From: Verrucomicrobiota bacterium
GTDB lineage: Bacteria > Verrucomicrobiota > Verrucomicrobiia > Limisphaerales > J093
Direction of reading: 5' to 3'
DNA: 64,000 nt
Assembly: GCA_012517065.1 (NCBI GenBank)
Contig: JAAYVR010000068.1
Location: 268-64,267, forward strand
Positions 18,992 to 28,063 of the stretch are shown here, in pieces. Below the pieces are notes generated by a model. The model was not told where the DNA came from and ran no database searches. It saw nothing but the letters and a program-made list of their open reading frames with translations. The stretch's first letter is position 1, and each line of letters starts with the position of its first letter. A program made the position numbers and the translations under genes.

Positions 18992-20050
18992 ATGGTCAGG
19001 AAAACCACCGAAGGCAAGAAACCGGTACGACGCGGTTCGGTGCGCGCAAAGCGCCAAACCGAGTGTCAACCGGACTTGTTGTCCACATCGCAGAAGGACC
19101 GCACCGACGCGGCTCCCAAACCCGACGCGGAGCAGTCGGTGCTGCGTGAGCAAACTGATACTGGAGCAAAGCCTGAGGAGCCTGTTCAGCTCGACGACAC
19201 CCACCAACGGGAAGAGTACGACGGGGACACGGCGATCAAGCTGTACCTGAGGGAGATTGGGCAGGTAAAACTGCTCACGCCAGAGGAGGAAATCGAGCTG
19301 GCTGCGCGAATCAAGAAAGGCGACAAGAAAGCTCGCGAGCGCATGATCAAGGCGAACCTCAGGTTGGTGGTGAAGATTGCGCACGACTACGACGGTTTGG
19401 GGTTGCCATTGTTGGATTTGATAAACGAGGGCAATATCGGCCTGATGAAAGCGGTCGAGCGTTTCGACCCTTCAAAGGGCGGCAAGCTTTCGACATACGC
19501 TGCGTGGTGGATCAAACAATCGATCAAACGCGCGCTGGCGAATCAGTCCAAGACAATCAGGTTGCCGGTGCATTTGGTGGACAAGATATCGCGTTTGCGG
19601 CGCGTTGCGCTTCAACTTCAGGAAGTGTTTGGCCGGGAACCAACAAACGATGAGCTTGCGGAGGAACTCGGCATTCCTGTGCGCCGCGTGGCATTGTTGC
19701 GGTCAATCGCCGCACGACCGACGTCGTTGGACGCGCCAATTGGCGATGACGAGACCAGCACGTTTGCCGAGATCGTCGAGGACGAAAGAGCGACGGACCC
19801 TTACGAGCAACTCGAAGAAAAGACGGTGACGGCAATGGTGACTGAACTGCTTAGCAGGCTTGATCCGCGCGAGCAGGAGATTCTCCGCCAGCGATTCGGT
19901 CTGGACGGCGGGCCGGAGAAAACTTTGGAAGAAGTCGGGGCAAACCTTGGGGTCACACGCGAGCGAATTCGCCAGATACAGAACATTGCTTTGTCCAAGT
20001 TGCGCCGGATGATTCAGAAACTGGAACAAACTGGTGATGCAAAGAAGTGA
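18992..20050 (+). CDS. RNA polymerase sigma-70 factor, RpoD-like (group 1/2), lacking a long region 1.1
   Basis: Region 1.2 is IKLYLREIGQVKLLTPEEE. Region 2 is ANLRLVVKIAHDY...LINEGNIGLMKAVERFDPSKGGKLSTYAAWWIKQSI. Region 4 is TLEEVGANLGVTRERIRQIQNIAL. The ATG at 18992 was chosen because the ORF upstream of it lies in repeat R1. Confidence 0.85.
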   Translation: MVRKTTEGKKPVRRGSVRAKRQTECQPDLLSTSQKDRTDAAPKPDAEQSVLREQTDTGAKPEEPVQLDDTHQREEYDGDTAIKLYLREIGQVKLLTPEEEIELAARIKKGDKKARERMIKANLRLVVKIAHDYDGLGLPLLDLINEGNIGLMKAVERFDPSKGGKLSTYAAWWIKQSIKRALANQSKTIRLPVHLVDKISRLRRVALQLQEVFGREPTNDELAEELGIPVRRVALLRSIAARPTSLDAPIGDDETSTFAEIVEDERATDPYEQLEEKTVTAMVTELLSRLDPREQEILRQRFGLDGGPEKTLEEVGANLGVTRERIRQIQNIALSKLRRMIQKLEQTGDAKK

Positions 20051-20066
20051 AGCGCGGACACAATTC

Positions 20067-20603
20067 ATGAACGAGCAATCGACCACCATTGGAGAAATTG
20101 AAGCGGCGATTCGAACAATCCCGGACTTTCCGAGGCCCGGCATTCAATTCAAAGACATAACACCTGTTCTGGCCGATCCACGGCTTTTTGCTGGAAGCGT
20201 CCGGCTTCTCGCGAGTTCAGTGGGCGGGCAGCGCATAGACACCGTTGCCGGCATTGAAGCGCGCGGGTTCATTTTTGCATCGGCTGTGGCATTGCAGCTT
20301 GGCGCCGGCTTCGTTCCCGTGCGTAAGAAGGGTAAGCTCCCTTACAAGACGCTCGAAGCGAGTTACGATCTCGAGTACGGGACAAACACGATCGAGATGC
20401 ACGTCGATGCGGTGAAACCCGGGAGCAGGGTGCTGCTTGTGGATGATCTGCTTGCGACGGGTGGAACAGCGGCCGCCGCAGCAGGCCTCTTGGCCAAACT
20501 CGGCGCGGAAGTTGTTGCTATTTCATTTCTGGTGGAGCTGACGTTTTTGAACGGGCGCAAGCGATTGAGTGGCTATCAGGTTCACTCGTTTATCAGGTAC
20601 TGA
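20067..20603 (+). CDS. apt: Adenine phosphoribosyltransferase
   Basis: IRTIPDFPRPGIQFKDITPVL...VAGIEARGFIF...VLLVDDLLATGGTAAA (PRPP-binding motif). The start at MNEQ is preferred over the overlapping upstream ATG. Confidence 0.9.
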   Translation: MNEQSTTIGEIEAAIRTIPDFPRPGIQFKDITPVLADPRLFAGSVRLLASSVGGQRIDTVAGIEARGFIFASAVALQLGAGFVPVRKKGKLPYKTLEASYDLEYGTNTIEMHVDAVKPGSRVLLVDDLLATGGTAAAAAGLLAKLGAEVVAISFLVELTFLNGRKRLSGYQVHSFIRY

Positions 20604-20619
20604 CCTGCTGCGTTTTTTT
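20594..20619 (+). terminator. Possible weak intrinsic terminator after apt
   Basis: caggt-actg-acctg stem-loop spanning the stop codon, then ctgcg and a T7 run (20613-20619). Such a T run is unusual in this GC-rich sequence. Confidence 0.3.
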
Positions 20620-20685
20620 AATGGCATACTCAATTCAAACCCGGGCAGCACACTGCGTTAGCCCGAGCTCCGACGCACTTGAGAC

Positions 20686-22938
20686 ATGAGCTGGGCGCTG
20701 TCGATTGACACTGGCCTGTTCCGCTGGATCAACCAGGGCTGGGCAAACCCGTTTTTTGACTTTTTGATGCCGGTAGCGAGCGGGAACCCGTTTTTTGGGC
20801 CGGCGCTGATTGTTGTATTGATTCTGCTGTGGCTGCGTGGGGGGCCACGTGGGCGGCTTTGTGTGGTGATGTTTGTTCTTCTTGCGCTGATCCTGAACAA
20901 CATGATTGTAAGCGATTGGCTCAAGAAAGCGATTCAACGGCCGCGCCCGTTTATTGATTTGCCGGATGTGCGTTTGCTGGTGGGACGCGGTTCGAGCTAC
21001 AGCATGCCGTCATCGCATGCGTCGAACTGGTTTGCGACTGCTGCGGTGGTATGGGTGTATTACCGTCGGAGTTGGGTTTTCATGGTGCCGCTGGCTTGTT
21101 TGGTGTCGCTTTCACGGATTTACAATGGGGTGCATTATCCTTCGGACGTTGCAGCGGGGGCGGTGCTTGGTGCTGCAGTAGGTTTTGGCGGGGTGTGGGG
21201 GTTGAACGCCTGCTGGCAAATCATTGGTCCACGGTGGTTCCCGATTTGGTGGAGACAGTTGCCATGCCTTGTTCGAGCCGAGTACAGGCGCGATCCGATG
21301 CTGTGGCGGCCCGGAGTTGCCGTGGTGCGGAATCCTGAAGTGGTCGAAGAACGGCAATGGATCAACCTCGGATACGCTTTGATTGCGGTGCTGTTTGTCG
21401 GCCGGCTTGCATATCTGCGGTCCGGGATTATTGAACTCAGCAAAGATGAGGCCTACCAATGGTTGTGGTCGAAACATCTTGATCTGTCCTATTACAGCAA
21501 GCCGCCGTTGATTGCGTGGCTTCAGTTTGTTGGGACGAGTTTGTTTGGCGACACGGAGTTGGGGGTGCGGTTTTTCGCGCCGTTTCTGGCAGCGGTTGTG
21601 GCGCTGATGGTTTTGCGGTTTATGGGACGCGAGGTTGGCGGGCGGCCAGCGTTTTGGACTTTGATTGGGCTGAATGTGGCGCCCCTGGCTGTGTTGGGCA
21701 CGATTCTGTTCACTGTCGATGGGCCGCTGGTTTTCTCTTGGGTAGCAGCGATGATTTCGGGCTGGCGCGCGGTTCAACGCGAGGGGCGCACGCGCGACTG
21801 GGTATGGACGGGGTTTTGGATAGGGGTTGGTTTTTTAAGCAAATACGCAGGTTTGCTGCAATGGGTGCCGTTCGTTCTTTTCATGCTGTTGTGGCCACGT
21901 GCGAGGATGCATCTCCGGAAACCGGGGTTTTACATTGGCGTGTTGGTGAGCCTTGTTTTCACAATCCCGGTCATTGTCTGGAACGCGAACCACGACTGGA
22001 TAACTCTCACGCACCTTCAGAGCCGTGCGGGGGTAACAGAACCGTGGCGGCCAACACTGCGTTTTTTTACTGAATTCTTTTTTGCCGAGGTTGCACTGTT
22101 AAACCCGGTGCTGTTCTGCGGCATCGCATGGGCGGCCGTGATCGCATGGCAACGACGGAAGAGCAATCCGCTCTTGTTTTACCTACTCATGATGGGAATG
22201 CCGCTTTTCCTTGGGTTCTTGTTATACAGCTTCAGGGCGCGTGTGTACCCGAACTGGATTGCGCCGGCGATTGTGCCGTTGTTTTGCATGCTGTTCGCTT
22301 GTGCGCATTCACGTTGGCAGGCAAGCGCGCGGCTGTTGAGACGGTCCCTGATTTTGGCATTGGCAATTGGATTGCCGGTTGTTGCGGTGCTCCACAAGAG
22401 CGAGCTGGTGAGCAAGCTTGTTGGCAAGCATTTGCCCCCTGAAGCCGATCCGTTGCGCCGCGTACGAGCATGGACGGAGACCGCCAGTGCAGTGGCCGAA
22501 GCCCGCCGAAACCTCGAGTCAGAAGGCAAACCTGTTTTCGTTGTGTGCGCGCACTACGGAATCGCAGCTCAGTTCTCGTTCTACACGCCGGAAGCGAAAG
22601 CGGTTGTGCGCAAGGACCCGATCGTGTACTACCAAAGCAGTGCCCTGCCCGAGAACCAGTTTTACTTTTGGCCGGGGTACAAGGGCCGGCGCAGCGGTCA
22701 AAACGCCATCTACGTTGTGGAACTTGACCCGTACAAGCTCAGTTCGGGCTGGTTTTGGCAGTGGATTCGAGGAAAGCCAGTCTCACGCAGGACCACTTCG
22801 CCTGACAACGTCACTCCTCCGCAACGGTTGCTCGATGAGTTCGAGTCCGTCGAGGACCTTGGGATGCGGGAGATTGAATGGCGGAACCGCGGAGTTTACC
22901 GGCGCATTTGGTTGTTCGCGTGCCGCAACTTGAAGTGA
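20686..22938 (+). CDS. Fusion protein: N-terminal PAP2 lipid phosphatase and C-terminal GT39/ArnT-like (PMT_2) polyprenyl-phosphate-dependent glycosyltransferase
   Basis: PAP2 motifs are KKAIQRPRP, MPSSHAS and SRIYNGVHYPSD within the first ~190 aa. The GT-C/ArnT-like start SKDEAYQWLWSKHLDLSYYSKPPLIAWL follows, with about 10 further TM segments. Confidence 0.8.
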   Translation: MSWALSIDTGLFRWINQGWANPFFDFLMPVASGNPFFGPALIVVLILLWLRGGPRGRLCVVMFVLLALILNNMIVSDWLKKAIQRPRPFIDLPDVRLLVGRGSSYSMPSSHASNWFATAAVVWVYYRRSWVFMVPLACLVSLSRIYNGVHYPSDVAAGAVLGAAVGFGGVWGLNACWQIIGPRWFPIWWRQLPCLVRAEYRRDPMLWRPGVAVVRNPEVVEERQWINLGYALIAVLFVGRLAYLRSGIIELSKDEAYQWLWSKHLDLSYYSKPPLIAWLQFVGTSLFGDTELGVRFFAPFLAAVVALMVLRFMGREVGGRPAFWTLIGLNVAPLAVLGTILFTVDGPLVFSWVAAMISGWRAVQREGRTRDWVWTGFWIGVGFLSKYAGLLQWVPFVLFMLLWPRARMHLRKPGFYIGVLVSLVFTIPVIVWNANHDWITLTHLQSRAGVTEPWRPTLRFFTEFFFAEVALLNPVLFCGIAWAAVIAWQRRKSNPLLFYLLMMGMPLFLGFLLYSFRARVYPNWIAPAIVPLFCMLFACAHSRWQASARLLRRSLILALAIGLPVVAVLHKSELVSKLVGKHLPPEADPLRRVRAWTETASAVAEARRNLESEGKPVFVVCAHYGIAAQFSFYTPEAKAVVRKDPIVYYQSSALPENQFYFWPGYKGRRSGQNAIYVVELDPYKLSSGWFWQWIRGKPVSRRTTSPDNVTPPQRLLDEFESVEDLGMREIEWRNRGVYRRIWLFACRNLK

Positions 22939-22941
22939 TCA

Positions 22942-23796
22942 ATGGACGGTCTAAGGGCATTGTTCCGAGTGCGCAACTACGATCTTGCATCGACTCTCAA
23001 CTCCGGCCAGGCGTTTCGGTGGGTTCCGTACGGCGACGGATGGGAAGGAGTTGTTGGCAACTATTGGGTCTGGCTGCGGCAAACCTCCACCGGCATTGAA
23101 GCCCGAACAGCGCGTCCGGTTCCTTGTTGGGATTGGCTGAGCGATTACCTGCAGATTGATGTGGATATCCGCTCGGTATTGCGGTCGTTCCCAAAAGACG
23201 CGCCTATGCAGGCTGCGGTTCGGGCGTGCCGCGGGCTGAGACTTCTTCGGCAGGACACGTGGGAATGCCTGGCTTCGTTCATCTGCTCGTCAAACAAGCA
23301 GATCGTGCAAATACGCCAGATTATCGCCGCGCTCTGCGAACGTTACGGGCAGCCTTTGGACGTGCCGTCGGGACATCCGCCCGCTTTCGCTTTTCCAACC
23401 CCGGCAACGCTGGCTCAATGCACCGAAAACGAGTTGCGCCAGTGCCGTATGGGATTCCGCGCGCCACACGTCCGCGCCGCAGCCATCGAGGTTGCGACCG
23501 GCAGACTGCGTCTCGATGCCCTTGCAGAATTGCCGTTGGACTCGGCACGCCAAGCGCTTGTCAGATTGCGGGGCGTCGGACTGAAAATCGCCGATTGCGT
23601 CCTGTTGTATAGCGGAATTCATCCGCGGGCGTTCCCGCTCGACACGTGGATTCGACGCGCGCTTTCGAAGCTCTACTTTCCGGGCCGGCGCGTGACCGAC
23701 AAACAGCTTCGCGAGTTCGCAGCTTCACACTTCGGCCCATGGGCCGGTTACGCGCAGCAGTATCTCTTCCACTACACCAGAGTGATCGCCGATTGA
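22942..23796 (+). CDS. ogg: 8-oxoguanine DNA glycosylase/AP lyase, OGG1 type (HhH-GPD)
   Basis: STLNSGQAFRW, LLRQDTWECLASFICSSNKQI, and the HhH-GPD segment LRGVGLKIADCVLLY...FPLDTWIRR. Confidence 0.85.
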   Translation: MDGLRALFRVRNYDLASTLNSGQAFRWVPYGDGWEGVVGNYWVWLRQTSTGIEARTARPVPCWDWLSDYLQIDVDIRSVLRSFPKDAPMQAAVRACRGLRLLRQDTWECLASFICSSNKQIVQIRQIIAALCERYGQPLDVPSGHPPAFAFPTPATLAQCTENELRQCRMGFRAPHVRAAAIEVATGRLRLDALAELPLDSARQALVRLRGVGLKIADCVLLYSGIHPRAFPLDTWIRRALSKLYFPGRRVTDKQLREFAASHFGPWAGYAQQYLFHYTRVIAD

Positions 23797-24557
23797 AAAC
23801 CAAGATTGAAGTCCTGTTTACGCCTGCAGATTTTGGCGCGCTGGCAAAGCGTGACCTTGCCAACAGTATGTGCGTCGTGTTCGACATCCTGCGCGCTACT
23901 TCGACCATGCTCACGGCCCTCGCCAACGGCGCTGCAGCAGTTGTCCCTGCAGAAGACATACCCGAGGCTCTCGAGTTGCACAAACGCAACCCCGGCGCGC
24001 TCCTCGCCGGTGAGCGTAACGGTGTCCGCATACGCGCCAACCTGACGGGCAGCATCGATTTCGACCTCGGCAACTCACCGCGCGAGTTCACATCAGAGCG
24101 CGTCGCAGGCCGTACAATCGTGATGACAACGACCAACGGCACTCGCGCGTTGCGTGCAGCGTCATCCGCAAAGCGGGTCATCGTCGGCGGGTTGTTGAAC
24201 CTGAGCGCAATCGCCAGAGACGTCCAATCCCATCACCATGACGAACTAATTGTGGTGTGCAGCGGCACGCTTGAACAGGCGTCCATCGAGGACGCGCTGG
24301 CGGCAGGCGCGCTCTGTGATCTGTTGTGGCATCAATACTTGCCCAGGGAAATTGCTGATTCGGCACAAATAGCCCGAGAACTGTACCTTGCGCATCGCGG
24401 CGATCTGTTTGCAGCGATGCGGCTGTCGCGCAACGGGCGACGCTTGCTGGGAATGCCCGAGCTTCGTGACGACGTGCAGTTTTGCCTTCAACGCGACACA
24501 ATACAGCGCGTGGCTTTATTGGGCACCGACGGCGTGGTGCGATTTGCTGGTTCGTGA
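23793..24557 (+). CDS. comB: 2-phosphosulfolactate phosphatase (ComB) family protein
   Basis: VVFDILRATSTMLTALANGA, GERNG, FDLGNSPREF, MTTTNGTRAL. Homology begins at KTKIEV, directly after a TTG at 23793 that overlaps the ogg stop (TTGA). The ATG at 23646 would add 49 non-homologous residues inside ogg. Confidence 0.75.
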   Translation: MKTKIEVLFTPADFGALAKRDLANSMCVVFDILRATSTMLTALANGAAAVVPAEDIPEALELHKRNPGALLAGERNGVRIRANLTGSIDFDLGNSPREFTSERVAGRTIVMTTTNGTRALRAASSAKRVIVGGLLNLSAIARDVQSHHHDELIVVCSGTLEQASIEDALAAGALCDLLWHQYLPREIADSAQIARELYLAHRGDLFAAMRLSRNGRRLLGMPELRDDVQFCLQRDTIQRVALLGTDGVVRFAGS

Positions 24558-24617
24558 TGAGCGGGCCAGCGACCGGAGGAAAGGCCCTTACTATTCCAGT
24601 TTTGTGCGCGCAAGAAC

Positions 24618-25113
24618 GCCCGCGCTCGTGCCGAAGCGCTGGACAAAGCAACCGCGCCGGGAGCGCGGCCGTCCTCGGCCGGGTCAATCCGATGGCCGAT
24701 CGTGCATCTGTTTCGATCAAGCAAATCTTGAGCCCGAACTTAGACTGGTTGGGTGCGGCGAAGAATTGCCGCGCTCCTGCACGCGGTGGAAAAATCAACG
24801 GCCCCGGGAGCGCGGCCGTCCTCGGCCGCATCAATCCGATGGCCGATCGTGCACCTGTTTCGATCAAGCAAATCTTGGGCCCGAGCTTAGACCGGCTGGG
24901 TGCGGCGAAGAATCGCCGCGCTCCTGCACGCGTTGAAGAAAGCAACGGCCCCGGGAGCGCGGCCGTCCTCAGCCGCATCAATCCGACGACCGACCTGACA
25001 CAGATTACGATCCTGCGAATCCAGCGCCCCACCGTTGACCGGTTGGCAGCAGAACTATGTGCCTGTCCCCATATCTGGCTGCGGGTCGGAAACTACGTGC
25101 CTGTCCTCATATG
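24618..25113 (+). repeat. Tandem array of a 147-bp unit (about 3 units) ending in an R2 terminal module with two CCCCATATC boxes
   Basis: gggagcgcggccgtcctc recurs at 24659, 24806 and 24953 (period 147). Units are about 90% identical. A 10-bp inverted repeat (gccgcgctcc / ggagcgcggc) spans each unit junction. Confidence 0.85.
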
Positions 25114-25132
25114 CACCGTGCCGCCGTAAGGC

Positions 25133-26503
25133 CTACGGTGTTGCAGCCAGCGCGGCGTCGGCTGTGGCCAAGCCCGCTCCAGTAGCGTCCGCCCCCCACG
25201 AAATGGTTGTGGTAGTGCCGTATGGCGTGTAAACCGTGCGGGAGCCAGGGGCCAGGTAGATCGCGCTGCCCTCGAGAATGGCTTCAGCTTGAGCCGCAGT
25301 CAGTGCTGGATTCTTCTGTGCCATCAATGCAACGATACCTGTCACGTGAGGGGCGGCCATGGAAGTGCCGCCGAGGAAGTAATAGCTGATCTTGCCGCTT
25401 TGGAGTTGATAGGGGCCGACAACCCATGACCCCGGCGCTGCAACATCGAGGTCTTGACCCGCCTTCTGCCGACTTGAGAACTCGGTGATGTAGAAGTGAT
25501 CTGGGTTCGTTGGATCAGCCACATTGAGAGCATACCACCACCCTTGGCTTCCTTGGCACCATTCACCCACCCACCCGCAAGCTGCGACTGAGATGACCGG
25601 TGCATAAGCTCCGGGGTAACCCATGCCGGCTGTTCCAGCATTCCCGGCAGATGCAACAATGATCACGCCCTTTGAAATGGCGTAATCAATCGCAACCTCT
25701 TCGACAGCGTCCAAGGCAGGCCCGCCCAAGCTCATGTTAATGACCACCGGGTAGTCCGCCAATGGACCGGCCTTGAGGTCTGCGACGTAGGTTATGCCCT
25801 TGGCAATGACTGATGACCAGCCCGAGCCGTTCTGGTTCAGGACCTTGACTGGAATCACAGTAGCTTTGGGCGCGACGCCGTTAATCGGAGTCCCACGCAA
25901 GCTGTAACCGATGATTGTGCTTGTGACGTGCGTGCCATGAGAGTTTTGGTCGTGCTCCCATTTGTTTGGCTGGGTGGAAACAAAGCCCATGTCACCGCCA
26001 CCGCCACCGAAACATGTTGCATACTCGGTTGCTATGCGTTCCTCCGGAAAATACTGTCGCCATGAATCAAGCAATCCGGTATCAAGTACAGCCACATAAA
26101 CGCCAGTGCCATCATAGGTGACCTGACGATTATTGAAGCCGAAGTCGGTTACGTTAATTGCGTCTAGGTTCCATGTGCTCAGACCGTTGGCAAAGTTTTC
26201 CACCAAAACCGTGTCAATTGGCGCGCCGTAGCGTTCGGCGTCGGGGTTCGCCGCAGCCACGTACGGAAGGTCTTGGATCGAGGGCAGCAAACTTGCTTTC
26301 GCTCTGATTGTGACTGCGTTGAGCTGCGGGATGGCGTCCGTGACACGGCCGTACTTGCTGAGGTCAGCGAGGATTTGGTCGGTAACATCCGTGTTTAAGA
26401 GGACGTTGATGCCGATCATGCGGTTTGGCGGCGCCGCGCTGGTGGGGAGGGCGATCGCGAGTGTTGTTGCGAGCAAAACAATAGTGAGCAGAATGCGTTT
26501 CAT
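25133..26503 (-). CDS. Secreted subtilisin-like serine protease (peptidase S8)
   Basis: Signal peptide MKRILLTIVLLATTLAIALPTSA from the ATG at 26503. Catalytic triad motifs are VAVLDTGL, HGTHVTSTI and GGTSMAAPHVTG. Confidence 0.9.
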   Translation of the reverse strand: MKRILLTIVLLATTLAIALPTSAAPPNRMIGINVLLNTDVTDQILADLSKYGRVTDAIPQLNAVTIRAKASLLPSIQDLPYVAAANPDAERYGAPIDTVLVENFANGLSTWNLDAINVTDFGFNNRQVTYDGTGVYVAVLDTGLLDSWRQYFPEERIATEYATCFGGGGGDMGFVSTQPNKWEHDQNSHGTHVTSTIIGYSLRGTPINGVAPKATVIPVKVLNQNGSGWSSVIAKGITYVADLKAGPLADYPVVINMSLGGPALDAVEEVAIDYAISKGVIIVASAGNAGTAGMGYPGAYAPVISVAACGWVGEWCQGSQGWWYALNVADPTNPDHFYITEFSSRQKAGQDLDVAAPGSWVVGPYQLQSGKISYYFLGGTSMAAPHVTGIVALMAQKNPALTAAQAEAILEGSAIYLAPGSRTVYTPYGTTTTISWGADATGAGLATADAALAATP

Positions 26504-26757
26504 GGTATCGATTTTCTCTCCTTTCTGATTTCGTGTTCGAATTGGTTGTTCACAAGGGCTTTCCAAGCTTCCGCCTGTCGTTGCCGATTGCATCACACTA
26601 ACGGAACGGATGCAATCCGTAATTCAGAGGAATGCCGGGCCGAAAGGCCGAGGCGCATTTGAGATTTGTTCGCAGCGCCGTGGCCAATGGAGGACGGGCT
26701 TTTTCTTGTCGGTTTTACTCCTGATGTTGATCGCCCTTGGAATGATCTTGCTGTTAA

Positions 26758-26824
26758 CCCGGAAATCTCACCGTCTGACCAGACCAAGGCACCCAAGACT
26801 TCATTCCGGTGAGATTTCCGGGCT
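26758..26824. repeat. Hairpin repeat H (perfect 16-bp stem)
   Basis: cccggaaatctcaccg (26758-26773) and cggtgagatttccggg (26807-26822) are perfect reverse complements separated by 33 nt. Confidence 0.85.
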
Positions 26825-27198
26825 AAAGGCGGGACTCCAAACAGCCGCGGGCGTAACATCGCCAAGGGTGCGGAACAATCAGTCGCGGGCAGAGTTCCGC
26901 GTTTAATCGGGGCACAAGACCGTTCACCGGGCGGCGCTCATGCTCGGTTACAGGAAAGGGTTCCGCCTAAAGGCGGGACTCTAAACAGCCGCGGGCGTGA
27001 CATCGCCAAGGGTGCGGAACAAACGGTCGCGGTCAGAGTTCCGCGTTTAAGCGGGGCACAAGACCGTTCACCGAGCTGCGCTCATGTTCGGTTACAGGAA
27101 AGGGTTCCGCCTAAAGGCGGGACTCTAAACAGCCGCGGATGTGACATCGCCAAGGGTGCGGAACAAACGGTCGCGGGCAGAGTTCCGCGTTTACGCGG
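26823..27198 (+). repeat. Tandem array of a 144-bp unit (2.6 units)
   Basis: ctaaaggcggg recurs at 26823, 26967 and 27111. Units are about 92% identical. Each unit carries the hairpins gttccgcc-taaa-ggcgggac and gcggaac-N17-gttccgc. Confidence 0.9.
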
Positions 27199-27246
27199 AA
27201 AGGTTGGAAGTTCACCTCTCAAACACGGCTCGCGGAGCGGCGAGTC

Positions 27247-27840
27247 CTACCTTTGCGAAGGCCAATGAAGCAGGTCGCAGCCGGGCCATTGGCCGAGAGT
27301 GCGCGCATGAGCGAGAATGACCGGCACTGCAGATGCGAAGTCTTGTGGTCTTTCGGCAAGCCATTTTTCGATATGATCAGGCATGAACCAGGCGCCGTCG
27401 TCGATTTCGATCGGGTGAAGCCTGAACGGACCGTTGTGATACGCGCGATAGACCCAGACGAATTCGTGATCGGTTTCGGGGCGGGCTTCGACTTTGAACC
27501 ATCGGGTCAGGTTTGAAGGTGGTTTGACGCCGAGTTCCTCTTCGAATTCGCGAATTGCAGCGGTGTCGTAGTCTTCGCCGTGATCGACGTGGCCGGATGC
27601 AGATGAATCCCAGAGGCCCGGTTGCCGGTCTTTCTTCATCGATCTTTTCTGCAGGAACAGTTGGCCGGCGTCGTTGAATACGAGGACGTGGACAGCGCGG
27701 TGCAGAAGGCCGAGCGCGTGAACTTCACGCCGTGGCCGGACTGCAATCACGCGATCGAGTTCATCTACCACGTCAAAGAGGTCGTCAGGTTTGGGCACGA
27801 GATTCTGGTCGGACATTGATTTGACGGATAATAGGGTCAT
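27247..27840 (-). CDS. NUDIX hydrolase
   Basis: Nudix box GHVDHGEDYDTAAIREFEEELGV. 197 aa. Confidence 0.85.
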   Translation of the reverse strand: MTLLSVKSMSDQNLVPKPDDLFDVVDELDRVIAVRPRREVHALGLLHRAVHVLVFNDAGQLFLQKRSMKKDRQPGLWDSSASGHVDHGEDYDTAAIREFEEELGVKPPSNLTRWFKVEARPETDHEFVWVYRAYHNGPFRLHPIEIDDGAWFMPDHIEKWLAERPQDFASAVPVILAHARTLGQWPGCDLLHWPSQR

Positions 27841-28063
27841 CGGTTTCTTTCATGCCAATTCAAAAACAATCTGTGGCGTGGATATTGTGCCAGGCTCCGA
27901 CTTTTGTTGGCGTGTCGCGCGCCTTCAGGGCCAAGACGTTTTTGCGGCGGGATTATTGGAGGCGGCGTTCGCGTTGCGGCGCCCTTGCCCGGGCTTGAAT
28001 GTTGTCGGCCCTTCGCCCCTTACGGAACACGCTGCGATGTTGGGCGCGGCTTTGGAGGAGATG

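Noticed and set aside
18290-19384. 364-aa minus-strand ORF
   Set aside because: Its 3' half reads through repeat R1, and its 5' half is antisense to the strongly supported sigma-70 gene. Its peptide resembles other repeat-derived ORFs only because the DNA is repeated.
24178-25129. ORFs 24178-25032 (-), 24388-24936 (+) and 24482-25129 (+) running through the 147-bp array
   Set aside because: Several frames are open simultaneously across the same repeats. The ORFs start inside or antisense to comB, and their peptides are Arg/Pro/Ala-rich with no motif. Non-coding repetition explains them better, although the 49-codon period is noted in the findings.
24618-27198. CRISPR interpretation of the 147-bp and 144-bp arrays
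   Set aside because: The units are contiguous with no unique spacers and are far longer than CRISPR repeats. No cas genes are present.
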